This document shows positions 28,431 through 38,042 of a stretch of DNA of 64,000 nt, piece by piece. Numbering within the stretch: the first letter of the stretch is position 1; every line of letters starts with the position of its first letter. The notes under the pieces were generated by a model. The model was not told the origin of the DNA. It saw nothing but the letters and a program-made list of their open reading frames with translations, and searched no databases. The DNA comes from Planctomycetota bacterium. Its GTDB lineage: Bacteria > Planctomycetota > UBA8108 > JACQVS01. The translations under genes were made by a program, and so were the position numbers. The stretch covers positions 87 through 64,086 of the forward strand of contig JACQVS010000015.1 of the NCBI GenBank assembly GCA_016209605.1, in the 5' to 3' direction.

Positions 28431-28629
28431 AGAACCTTGGGCCGATTCCTTTCACGGCCAACGAAAAAAGTCTAATCATATACCCTAGAATGCGGAACTT
28501 TCAACTTTTAAAAACCGCTCCACTAAACCCTCGATTAATAAATGAATATCAGGTATCTTCAAGCTTTGTTTGTAACCGATGGACTTTTTTCATCCCATGA
28601 AACCGATTTTATTGCGCATGGAAAAGGAC

Positions 28630-29094
28630 ATGACCCCAGAAGAAAACCTTAACCGGCAGCATATCACCCTTCCGCCTCCCCCCAAACCTGTCGCCAACTA
28701 TGTCACCTCGGTCCGGACCGGCAACCTGCTCTTCGTTTCCGGACACGGCCCCGCGCCGGCGGAGGGCGTGAAAGGGTCCGGCAAGGTGGGGAAGGACTTG
28801 AATGTCGAGGAAGGCTACAGCTCGGCGCGCCAGACCGGCCTGTCGATCCTCGCCACCGTGAGGGCCGCGCTGGGATCGCTGGACCGCGTCGAGCGGGTGG
28901 TCAAGGTTCTGGGCATGGTGAACGCCGTCCCCGAGTTCGCCGATCATCCTAAGGTCGTGAACGGCTGCTCGGATCTCTTCGTGCAGGTGTTCGGCGAGGA
29001 GAAAGGGCGCGGCACCCGGTCGGCCGTCGGCATGGGATCGCTGCCGGGGAACATCCCCACGGAAATTGAGGCCATCTTCCAAGTCAAGGAATGA
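28630..29094 (+). CDS. RidA/YjgF-family imine deaminase
   Basis: PVANYV, LFVSGHGP, VVKVLGMVN, NGCSDL, TRSAVG; AAGGA Shine-Dalgarno. Confidence 0.9.
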   Translation: MTPEENLNRQHITLPPPPKPVANYVTSVRTGNLLFVSGHGPAPAEGVKGSGKVGKDLNVEEGYSSARQTGLSILATVRAALGSLDRVERVVKVLGMVNAVPEFADHPKVVNGCSDLFVQVFGEEKGRGTRSAVGMGSLPGNIPTEIEAIFQVKE

Positions 29095-29126
29095 GCTGAT
29101 TTCTGGCGTTCGAATCGCCTCCCCCC

Positions 29127-30263
29127 ATGCTCGATCGAGAAGCTTGCCGCCGCCGCATCCAACGCCTCTGCGACCTGGTAGGTCCGGGAAGCCAGCCGGA
29201 CCGGCCGCAGGCCATCCTGCTGTGCCGTCCCGAGCATCTCCTCTACTTCGCCAACGTTTCCCCGCTCCCCACCACCCTGAACTACCGCGCCCCCTGCTTC
29301 CTGCTCATTCACGCCACCGGCTCATCGACCCTCTTCACCGACAACTGGATCGGCCCGCCGCCCGACAACGCCGCCGACGAGGTGGTGGTCACCGAATGGT
29401 ACAACATGAAGAAGCCGGCCAGCCTTCGCGCGCAAGCGGTGGCCGAGGTGGTGGCGGAGCACCTCGAGCGGCTGGGCCTCCGGTCGATCGCCGGCGAAGC
29501 GGGGGCGATGCCTGCGCCCATGGCGGCAAAGCTCCAGGCCTTCGTCGATGTCAACCCGGACCTCCTCAAGCTGCGGGAGATCAAGGACGAGGACGAGGTC
29601 CGGGCCATCCAGGCCGCGGTTCAGGTGGCGGAAATCGCCCAGGAGGCCTGCCGGCAGTTCGTCCGGCCCGGCCTCCGGGAAATCGAGGTTTATGCCCATC
29701 TCCTCGAGCGCGTCACCAGCGGGATCGGCCAGCCCTTCCAGATGCTCTGCGACCTGGCCTCCGGCGAGCGATCGACGGCCGGCGGCGGTTCACCCACCGA
29801 CCGAATCTTGAAGAAAGGGGAGCTGATCATCCTCGATTTCTTCCCCATCCTCCAGGGATACCGGGGGGACATCGCCAACACCCTGGCGGTCGATGGGTGC
29901 CCGACGCCCGCCCAGGAAGAGGCCTTCGGCCTGGTTCTCGAAGCCTTGCAGGCCGGCGAACAGCGGCTGGGGGCTGGGGTGCCCGTGAGCGATGTCTTTT
30001 ACGCCATGGATGGGGTGTTCCGCCGCCATGCTTCCAAGGGCTGGAGCTTGATCCACCACGGCGGCCACGGCCTCGGGCTGGAGCATCCCGAGCCGCCGCA
30101 CATCGTTCCGGAGAGCGACCGCAAGCTGGCCGAGGGGATGGTGATCACTCTGGAGCCCGGACTGTACCACGACTCCTTTGGCGGGGTGCGGCTCGAGAAC
30201 GACTACCTCATCGCCAAGAGCGGCTTCGTGAAGCTCTCCAACCACCACCTGGGACTTAAGTAA
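29127..30263 (+). CDS. M24-family Xaa-Pro peptidase
   Basis: REIKDEDE, LDF..GYRGD, GHGLGLEHPE, TLEPG, GVRLEND. Confidence 0.9.
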   Translation: MLDREACRRRIQRLCDLVGPGSQPDRPQAILLCRPEHLLYFANVSPLPTTLNYRAPCFLLIHATGSSTLFTDNWIGPPPDNAADEVVVTEWYNMKKPASLRAQAVAEVVAEHLERLGLRSIAGEAGAMPAPMAAKLQAFVDVNPDLLKLREIKDEDEVRAIQAAVQVAEIAQEACRQFVRPGLREIEVYAHLLERVTSGIGQPFQMLCDLASGERSTAGGGSPTDRILKKGELIILDFFPILQGYRGDIANTLAVDGCPTPAQEEAFGLVLEALQAGEQRLGAGVPVSDVFYAMDGVFRRHASKGWSLIHHGGHGLGLEHPEPPHIVPESDRKLAEGMVITLEPGLYHDSFGGVRLENDYLIAKSGFVKLSNHHLGLK

Positions 30264-30287
30264 ACCGAACTTTCAAGAGAAACATCA

Positions 30288-31517
30288 CTACTGCGGTAAA
30301 CCGACGTCGCAGCCCAGGCCGTCCTGGGTTTCGTCGACCTGCGGGCCGCGGATCAGGCCGCTGGCCGCCGGGTTCACCGTGCCGTAGAGGGTCTTGAGCA
30401 GCTGGACGGGATCGAGGACCTCCACCCAGCCGTCGTCGTTGACGTCCGCCGCATCGGCGCACGGCAGCGGCCCCTGGGCAAAGAGATACCGCACCAGGAC
30501 GATCGCATCGGCAATGTTCACCCTGGCGTCGACATTGGCATCGCCGCGGATGAAGACGCGCGGCAGGTCGAGGAGCGGGCTGTGATCCCCGCCGCTGCCG
30601 TAGCGCTCATCGTCCGGATTGGACCGGTCATCCTGATAATCCAGCTCCCAGCTGTCGTCCGGTCCGGCCGCCGGCTCTTCGGCCGCCGGATTCTGGCCAT
30701 CGAGCTCCCAACTGTCCTCATCGCTCCAGACCATGCCCTTGGGGCCCCTGGGCAGGCAGATGAGCAGGCCCAGGAGCAGCAGGGTGATGACGGATCGCAT
30801 GCCGATGAGCAGGCGGATCCGCGACTTGCCCGATTTTTTTTCGTAGCGCATGGTGAGCTTGGCGATTTGCCGGGTCAATTGTTCATAAAATTCCGGCAGG
30901 TCCTCCGGGGGAAGGTTCACCGTGAAGTCGATGCGGACAAGGTTCGTGTCGCCAACCACCCGGGAAAAGCGCTGGGTCTTCTCCGGGGTCAAGTGGGACT
31001 CGTCCACGCTTTTCTGGGCGACGATGATGCAATCGAGGTCGCGGGCCTTCTGATCCACCAGGTCGCGATAAGCCTCCGGAGTGTTCGGGCAGCGGATGGC
31101 CGGCCGGGGCGACGCCCGGTAATGCCGGCCGGGCAGTTCCTTCACCTCGCCGGTCCGGAGGAGCTTCTCGATCGCCCGCTTGGCATCATCGAGGGTGAAG
31201 TCCCGCCACGGGCTGAAGATCGGCAGGACCTTTTCATATGCCTCCTCCAGGGTCAGCGCCTGGTCCTGGAGGATCCGGGCCAGCTCGCGCTCCGGCGACT
31301 TGGGATTCGAGCGCGAGTCCTTCAAGTAATTCTCGATGCTCTTCTCGGTGACGCCGCACCGGCTGGCCACTTCCTTCTTCTTCAAGCCGCGCTGGTGAAC
31401 GGCGATGTCCGCCACCATGCCGCGGAGCTCCCGCTCCACTTCCTTGAGGGCGAGGGACTCATCGACGATATGGTTTGCCAGGCGGCTCATGAGAAAATCG
31501 GGATGCTCGTCAGCCAT
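30288..31517 (-). CDS. HTH-containing protein with a TM helix and C-terminal dockerin-like domain
   Basis: GLKKKEVASRCGVTEKSIENY (HTH), wHTH-like segment, ITLLLLGLLICLP, FIRGDANVDARVNIADA; GAGGAG Shine-Dalgarno. Confidence 0.8.
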   Translation of the reverse strand: MADEHPDFLMSRLANHIVDESLALKEVERELRGMVADIAVHQRGLKKKEVASRCGVTEKSIENYLKDSRSNPKSPERELARILQDQALTLEEAYEKVLPIFSPWRDFTLDDAKRAIEKLLRTGEVKELPGRHYRASPRPAIRCPNTPEAYRDLVDQKARDLDCIIVAQKSVDESHLTPEKTQRFSRVVGDTNLVRIDFTVNLPPEDLPEFYEQLTRQIAKLTMRYEKKSGKSRIRLLIGMRSVITLLLLGLLICLPRGPKGMVWSDEDSWELDGQNPAAEEPAAGPDDSWELDYQDDRSNPDDERYGSGGDHSPLLDLPRVFIRGDANVDARVNIADAIVLVRYLFAQGPLPCADAADVNDDGWVEVLDPVQLLKTLYGTVNPAASGLIRGPQVDETQDGLGCDVGLPQ

Positions 31518-31677
31518 GGTATTCTCCTCGCGGCGGATGCGGTCGCATCCAACCGGGCTCAAATTCGTATCGGTCAACAATATAAACCGATTATACCAAA
31601 AAAGATCCGATGGGAAGCGCTAATTTTCAAACCGCCGCCCTTGCCCCCTCGCGCCGTTTTATGGTATGGATGGGTGG

Positions 31678-32577
31678 ATGCAGACGAACCTCTTCACCGG
31701 GATCATCCCGGCCCTGTTCACGGCTTACGACGACCGCGGCGATCTGGACCAGGGACGCCAGGCGCGCTTGATCGGCCATTTGATCGGCTCGGGCGTGCAC
31801 GGGCTCTTCGTCGGCGGCTCGACGGGCGAGTTCGCCCTCCTTTCCCTCGCCGAGCGAGAGCGCCTGGCCGAGCAGGCCATAGCCGAGGCCGGGAAGGCCG
31901 TGCCGGTGATCGTCCACGCCGGCGCCTTCGACACCCGCAGCGCCGTCCAGCTCGCCCGCCACGCCCGGAAGGCGGGCGCGAGCGCCGTCTCCAGCCTGCC
32001 GCCGCTCTACTACCAGCCCAGCGAGGAGACCATCCTCCAGCACTACCGAGAGATCGGCGCCGCCGCCGGCCTGCCCTTCTATATTTACCACATGCCGTCG
32101 CGCACCGGCGTCCGGATGACCGAGCGCCTGGCGCAGAGGCTCCTTGAAATCCCCAACCTGGCGGGGATGAAGTTCTCCCACGGCAACCTCCACGAGCTGT
32201 GGCAGTTCCTGGAGTGGACGGGGGGAAAGGTGCCGGTGCTCTCCGGGTATGATGAGCTGCTCCTCCCGGCGCTGGTCCTGGGAACCGTGGGAGCGATCGG
32301 ATCGACTTACAACTTCATGGCGGCACACTTCCTCGCCCTCTGGGCAGCCTGGAAGGGTGAGGATCTCCAGCGGGCGCGCGAGCTGCAGCTCCAGGCCAAC
32401 CGCGTCATCGACGTCACCTTGCGCTGGGACAACAGCCTCTCCGCCGGCAAGGCGGCCCTCGAGGCCCTCGGCCTCGGCTGCGGCGAGCCCCGCCCCCCCC
32501 TGCGTCGCTTCACGGCCGAGGAAAAACGTGCCTTGACCGCCGAGCTGGCCAAGGCGGGGCTTCCAGTCACGGGTTGA
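31678..32577 (+). CDS. nanA: DHDPS-family lyase, N-acetylneuraminate lyase-like
   Basis: GGSTGEF, GMKFS, SGYDE, GAIGSTYN. Confidence 0.75.
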   Translation: MQTNLFTGIIPALFTAYDDRGDLDQGRQARLIGHLIGSGVHGLFVGGSTGEFALLSLAERERLAEQAIAEAGKAVPVIVHAGAFDTRSAVQLARHARKAGASAVSSLPPLYYQPSEETILQHYREIGAAAGLPFYIYHMPSRTGVRMTERLAQRLLEIPNLAGMKFSHGNLHELWQFLEWTGGKVPVLSGYDELLLPALVLGTVGAIGSTYNFMAAHFLALWAAWKGEDLQRARELQLQANRVIDVTLRWDNSLSAGKAALEALGLGCGEPRPPLRRFTAEEKRALTAELAKAGLPVTG

Positions 32578-32593
32578 AAGAAAAGAAAAACTA

Positions 32594-32736
32594 TTAACCG
32601 CCAAGACGCCAAGAGCGCCAAGAAGAAAAAAAGAAAAAGAATTAAAATTATTAAGGATGTGAAAATATCCTATTTTTTAATTTAAACTCTGGATGTCTTT
32701 CTTGATCTTGGCGTCCTCCGCGTCTTGGCGGTTCAA
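32594..32736. repeat. CGCCAAG-periodic palindromic element with AT-rich core
   Basis: AACCGCCAAGACGCCAAGAGCGCCAAG ... CTTGGCGTCCTCCGCGTCTTGGCGGTT between convergent genes. Confidence 0.85.
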
Positions 32737-32763
32737 TTCTGTTCTTATTGTCGGCTACCGGCT

Positions 32764-34341
32764 TCAGTCTCTCGCTTGGCTCTGTAACCGGGGCGGGATG
32801 GCGAACGCCAGCCCCAACCCCGCCAGGAATCCTCCCAGGTGGCCGGCGTTGTCGATGTACTTGATGGCCAGGAGGCCCATGCCCAGGGTCAAGAGGACCA
32901 TCACGGGAATGGCCCAGCGGAAGCGCGCCCGCACCACCAGCGGGAGGCTGTGGGGCCGGCAGTACACCGCCCCCAGCAGGCTGCCGATGATGCCCATGAT
33001 GGCGGTCGATGAGCCGATGGAGATGGGGCGCGCCGCCGTCTCGGCAGGATCGAGAAAGATGGTCCAGAGGGAGTTCAGGTAATCTCCGGTCGCCTGGGCG
33101 AAGACGTTGCCGAGAAGGCCGCTGCCGAGGTAGAGGAGGCCGGCGCGCCACCAGCCGAAGATGCGCCCCAGCCAGGGCGCGATCACCGCCAGGACGAGCA
33201 TGTTGAGGGCCAGGTGGACCGCGTCGCCGTGCAGGAAGAGGGAGGCCAGGAAGCGCCAGGGCTCGTGGAAGGAATCCTCCGTGCGCGCCCCCAGGGCGAT
33301 CAGGCGGTCGCGGAAGGCTTCGCCGCTCGAGTTTTTCGCGGCCAGATCGAGGGGCCCGGAGATCAGGAAGCAGGCAGTGTTCAAGGCCACCAGCGCGCCG
33401 ATCCACAGGCGCGAGCGCAGGCGGTCGCCGCTGGAACCCCAGACCGGCAGCTCCTGCCGCTCCGGCGACTTTTTCTTGATCCACCTCAAGAACTGGCTGC
33501 CGAGGGGCGTGAGCACCGGCTGGATCCCGCGCCGCAGGAGGAGCGGCGAGCCGGCCGCCTTGAGGATGTCGAGGTGGAGAGGGATGCGGAAGCCGCGCCC
33601 CTCGATCTCCAGCTCGATCCCCTGGTGGCGCAGCCCGGAGACCTCGCTCCACGGATAAAACCGGCGGCGGAACAGCCGGCGGCGGGCGATCCCCGCGCCG
33701 TCAAAGCGGATGGATGAGGACCGGCGCCAGAGGAGGAGCCAGCCGTAGGCCAGGGCCAGGAGGCCTAGAAGGTACAAGGTCCCGGCGATGGAAACGGGCA
33801 GCTCCTGGTGCAGGTATTCCTCGTAGACGAGAAATCCCCCCACGCCCAGGAGGCCCAGGACAATGGAGAACGAATCGATCCGGACGGCGTACCGGAAATC
33901 GAACGGCTCGAGCGCGCCCGCGGCCGCGCCGGCGCTGCCGCTGGTCTCCTTGAAGATGGCCTGCTCGAGATCGTAGAGGACCTGGACGAACTCGAGCGAC
34001 AAGCTGCCATCGACTCTCTGGAGGGGCCCGCCGGGGCCGCGGTAGCGGAGGAGGTCGAAGCAGATCCAGGAACGGCCGTCGCTCAAGCCGAAGACGCCGG
34101 CCCGCAGGTCGAGGAAGCGGACCCGCGAGAAGGGGATCGCCACGCGGCCGCCGCGGACCTCTTTCCGGGCAAAGTCGATGGTGACCTTCGGCGCGCCGCC
34201 GCAAAGCCGGCCCAGCGCCTTGAGGCCTGCGGGCTGGAGGATGGCTTCCCGGCGGCTCTCCTCCTCGACCGCGGTCGCGGCGGGCGGGGCCTTGGGGGCA
34301 TCCGGAGGAGGCATGGGAGGAATGGAGGGATTGTCCAGCAT
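32764..34341 (-). CDS. Rhomboid intramembrane serine protease with extended N-terminal (PH-like) region
   Basis: PWR, FLHGDAVHLALN, IGSSTA (catalytic Ser), AGHLGG (catalytic His); start chosen to avoid overlap with the divergent gene. Confidence 0.85.
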   Translation of the reverse strand: MLDNPSIPPMPPPDAPKAPPAATAVEEESRREAILQPAGLKALGRLCGGAPKVTIDFARKEVRGGRVAIPFSRVRFLDLRAGVFGLSDGRSWICFDLLRYRGPGGPLQRVDGSLSLEFVQVLYDLEQAIFKETSGSAGAAAGALEPFDFRYAVRIDSFSIVLGLLGVGGFLVYEEYLHQELPVSIAGTLYLLGLLALAYGWLLLWRRSSSIRFDGAGIARRRLFRRRFYPWSEVSGLRHQGIELEIEGRGFRIPLHLDILKAAGSPLLLRRGIQPVLTPLGSQFLRWIKKKSPERQELPVWGSSGDRLRSRLWIGALVALNTACFLISGPLDLAAKNSSGEAFRDRLIALGARTEDSFHEPWRFLASLFLHGDAVHLALNMLVLAVIAPWLGRIFGWWRAGLLYLGSGLLGNVFAQATGDYLNSLWTIFLDPAETAARPISIGSSTAIMGIIGSLLGAVYCRPHSLPLVVRARFRWAIPVMVLLTLGMGLLAIKYIDNAGHLGGFLAGLGLAFAIPPRLQSQARD

Positions 34342-34432
34342 AACTTGATTATCACTGGTGAACGCCGGAGTGGAATCCAAAATTTCTGAAGAATTTGGTG
34401 TCGGGGGCCTGCGGGCCTCATACAATTCCGGC

Positions 34433-35245
34433 ATGGGAAAACTGGTGCCGCTCCTGATCATCCTCCTGATCATCGGGCTGTTCTTCTTCCACCGCGCCAT
34501 CCCCAACTGGACGCGCCGCCTGGGCCGCCGCCTCGGCGACATGAAGCGCGCCGGCGAGGAGATCATCTTCGATGAAGAGGTCCCCGGCAGCCCGCTGGCG
34601 GCTTATGAACTCGAGGCCGGGAAGGCGATGACGGCGCGCCTCCTGGCGGAGAACCCCCTCTCCGCCGACCTTCAGCAGCAGGAGCGCGTCTACCAGATCG
34701 GCAACCGGCTGAGCGCCCAGGCCGCGCGCCGCGAGGTGCGCTTCCGCTTCGCCATCATCGAAAGCGCCGAGCCCAACGCCATGGCCATCCCGGGCGGCAG
34801 CATCTTCATCACTCGGCCGCTGGTGGCCCTCTGCGGCGGCGACGACCACCGCCTGGCGGGGATCCTGGGCCACGAGATCGCCCACCTCGACCGCCGCCAC
34901 GCGGTGAAGAGCTACGCCGCCAGGGCGGCGGCGCGGACCGGCATGCGGGTCCTGGCGCTCGGCCGGGGGGTTCTCCTCTCGCAGGTGGTCGCCGGTCTCG
35001 AGACCTTGATCGCCCAGGGCTACAGCCGCGACCAGGAGCTGGAGGCCGACCAGGTCGGCGCCCACTTGGCCGCCGCGGCCGGCTACGACCCCCTGGCGCT
35101 GGCGCGGCTCTTCCGCGACCTGCGCGAGCGCCCCACCACGGGCGGCCACCCCATGCTCGAGCTGCTCCCCTTCTTCAAGAGCCATCCCCCCTTCGAGGAG
35201 CGCATCCGGGCGCTCGAGGCCCACTGGAGCGCGCGCCGGGCCTAA
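34433..35245 (+). CDS. M48-family zinc metalloprotease with N-terminal TM and amphipathic helix
   Basis: NAMAIPGG, GHEIAH, YSRDQELEAD, SHP. Confidence 0.9.
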   Translation: MGKLVPLLIILLIIGLFFFHRAIPNWTRRLGRRLGDMKRAGEEIIFDEEVPGSPLAAYELEAGKAMTARLLAENPLSADLQQQERVYQIGNRLSAQAARREVRFRFAIIESAEPNAMAIPGGSIFITRPLVALCGGDDHRLAGILGHEIAHLDRRHAVKSYAARAAARTGMRVLALGRGVLLSQVVAGLETLIAQGYSRDQELEADQVGAHLAAAAGYDPLALARLFRDLRERPTTGGHPMLELLPFFKSHPPFEERIRALEAHWSARRA

Positions 35246-35258
35246 TCCGGGCAAGGCG

Positions 35259-37001
35259 TCAGCGGTCGCGCAGGCGCAGGCGCTCCAGCAGGCGATTGGA
35301 AAGGGCGAGAAGGGCCAGGCTGCCGGCGGCGTGGAAGAAGACGAACAGCCCGAGGACCGCCTCCACATCCTTGACGTTTCGATTATGGAGGAAACCTTCG
35401 ATACACACGCCGTAAGCCATGAAGGGATTGGCGGCCGGCAAGAAAATTTCAAAGAAAGACCGACCTTGGCCCGACCGCAACCCCCAGAGGAGCGTGGCCA
35501 CCAGCGGGAAGAGGAGGAAGATCCCCAGGAGCGTCAGGTAGGAGCCCAGCAAGGCCCCCAGGGTGCGCCGGCAAATTACCGAGAAGAAGCAGGCCACCGA
35601 GACGGTGAAGAGGAGGGCGAGGGGGAGGACCAGGGCCGAGACCAGGTAGCACCACAAGATGGCCTCGTGGCGCGGCGGCGGATTTCCCCAGCCCCCCGCC
35701 CTCGAGAAGTGCGGGCTGACGAGGAGCACCAGCCCGGCGGCCAGAAGCAGGCCGAAGACGCTCGCCAGGCCGGCGAGGAACTTTCCCCGCAGGATGGCCC
35801 GCAGGGGGAGCAGCGTGCCGCGCAGGAAGTCGAGGTTGCCGTGCTCGATCTCCCGGGGGATGGCGCTCGCCGCCACTCCCGGGGCGATGAGGACGAGGAG
35901 CGCCAGCGCCGCCTCACCGACCGGCAGCACCTTGGCGTCGAGGTCCTTATCGATGAGCGTAAGAAGAATGAAGATGACGAGGGGCACCCAGAAGATCAGC
36001 CGCTGGTACCAGACGCGGCCGAAGAATTCCGAGCGGATTTCTTTCAGGAACATGGGACTGCGAAGGAGCGGGAAGCCGCCCTCCCCCAGGGCGAGGAGCA
36101 GCTTCGAGAAGAGCGGGCGGCGGATCCTCTTCGAGCCGCTGGCTCCCTTCCGGGCCAGCCTCCGCTCGCGGCGGCGGCTCATGACCAGGTCCGGAACGCG
36201 CACCCGCCGCAGGAGATAGAGGAAGTGCCCGAGGGAGAGGAGGCCGGCGTAGAGGAGATAGACCTGGAAAGGAGACACCGCCACCATGCGGGTCGGCATC
36301 TCCGGAAAGATGGCGAAACCGATGGCGCTGTAGGGGGAAAGGCCGAGCAAGAAGACCAGGAATTCTTCAATCCCCGAGACCCGAAACAGGCCCAGGCCCT
36401 CGCTCAGGAGCACCAGGACCAGCCCCAGGAGCATCAGCAGCCCGCCGTTCCAGAAGACCACCCACACCATGCCGCGGACCACGGCGTGGGAGGTGCGTCT
36501 CGAGCGCATGGAGGCGGTGAGGCAGATGAGCCCGGAGTGCAGGACCGCGAGGAAGGTGGCGAGGTAGCACTGGAGGATGGTTTCGAGGCCGAGGCCGCCG
36601 AGGAGGTAGAGGACGCACACCGACGGCGCCGAGGCGAGGAGCAGGAGGAGCACGTAGCCGGTGGCGGCGAGAACCTTCGAGAAGACGATCGACCAGGGGG
36701 AAAGCAGCGTAGTGTAGAGGAGGTCGTAGGTGTTCTGCTCGCGCTCGCCGGAGATGGCGCCGGCGGTGAAGGCGGGGATGATCAGGAGGGCGACCGAGAG
36801 CTGGGTCATGAAAAAGACCATGAAGACCGCGGTGTTCTCGTAGGCGTACCAGGCGGCCCGCTGGCCCTGCGGCCAGCCGAGAAGCGGCAGGAGGGTCGAT
36901 AGCGCCACCGCGATGAAGAGCAGCCAGAAGGCGCGGCGGGTGCGCAGGAGGCCGACCAGCTCGCGCTTGAGGAGCGGAAATTCGAGGAACGGCCGCTTCA
37001 T
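35259..37001 (-). CDS. ABC-2-type transporter permease (duplicated domain)
   Basis: AGAISGEREQNTYDLL and AIPREIEHGNLDFL; many TM helices; start MKRPFLEF. Confidence 0.85.
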   Translation of the reverse strand: MKRPFLEFPLLKRELVGLLRTRRAFWLLFIAVALSTLLPLLGWPQGQRAAWYAYENTAVFMVFFMTQLSVALLIIPAFTAGAISGEREQNTYDLLYTTLLSPWSIVFSKVLAATGYVLLLLLASAPSVCVLYLLGGLGLETILQCYLATFLAVLHSGLICLTASMRSRRTSHAVVRGMVWVVFWNGGLLMLLGLVLVLLSEGLGLFRVSGIEEFLVFLLGLSPYSAIGFAIFPEMPTRMVAVSPFQVYLLYAGLLSLGHFLYLLRRVRVPDLVMSRRRERRLARKGASGSKRIRRPLFSKLLLALGEGGFPLLRSPMFLKEIRSEFFGRVWYQRLIFWVPLVIFILLTLIDKDLDAKVLPVGEAALALLVLIAPGVAASAIPREIEHGNLDFLRGTLLPLRAILRGKFLAGLASVFGLLLAAGLVLLVSPHFSRAGGWGNPPPRHEAILWCYLVSALVLPLALLFTVSVACFFSVICRRTLGALLGSYLTLLGIFLLFPLVATLLWGLRSGQGRSFFEIFLPAANPFMAYGVCIEGFLHNRNVKDVEAVLGLFVFFHAAGSLALLALSNRLLERLRLRDR

Positions 37002-37009
37002 CGTCCCCC

Positions 37010-37999
<990 letters not shown>

Positions 38000-38042
38000 G
38001 TTCACACCTCGGCCCGAGATTTCGGGAGCTTCCCGGCTGGCC

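Noticed and set aside
32594-32736. CRISPR array from the CGCCAAG repeats
   Set aside because: 7-bp units without spacers, arranged as inverted arms; no cas genes
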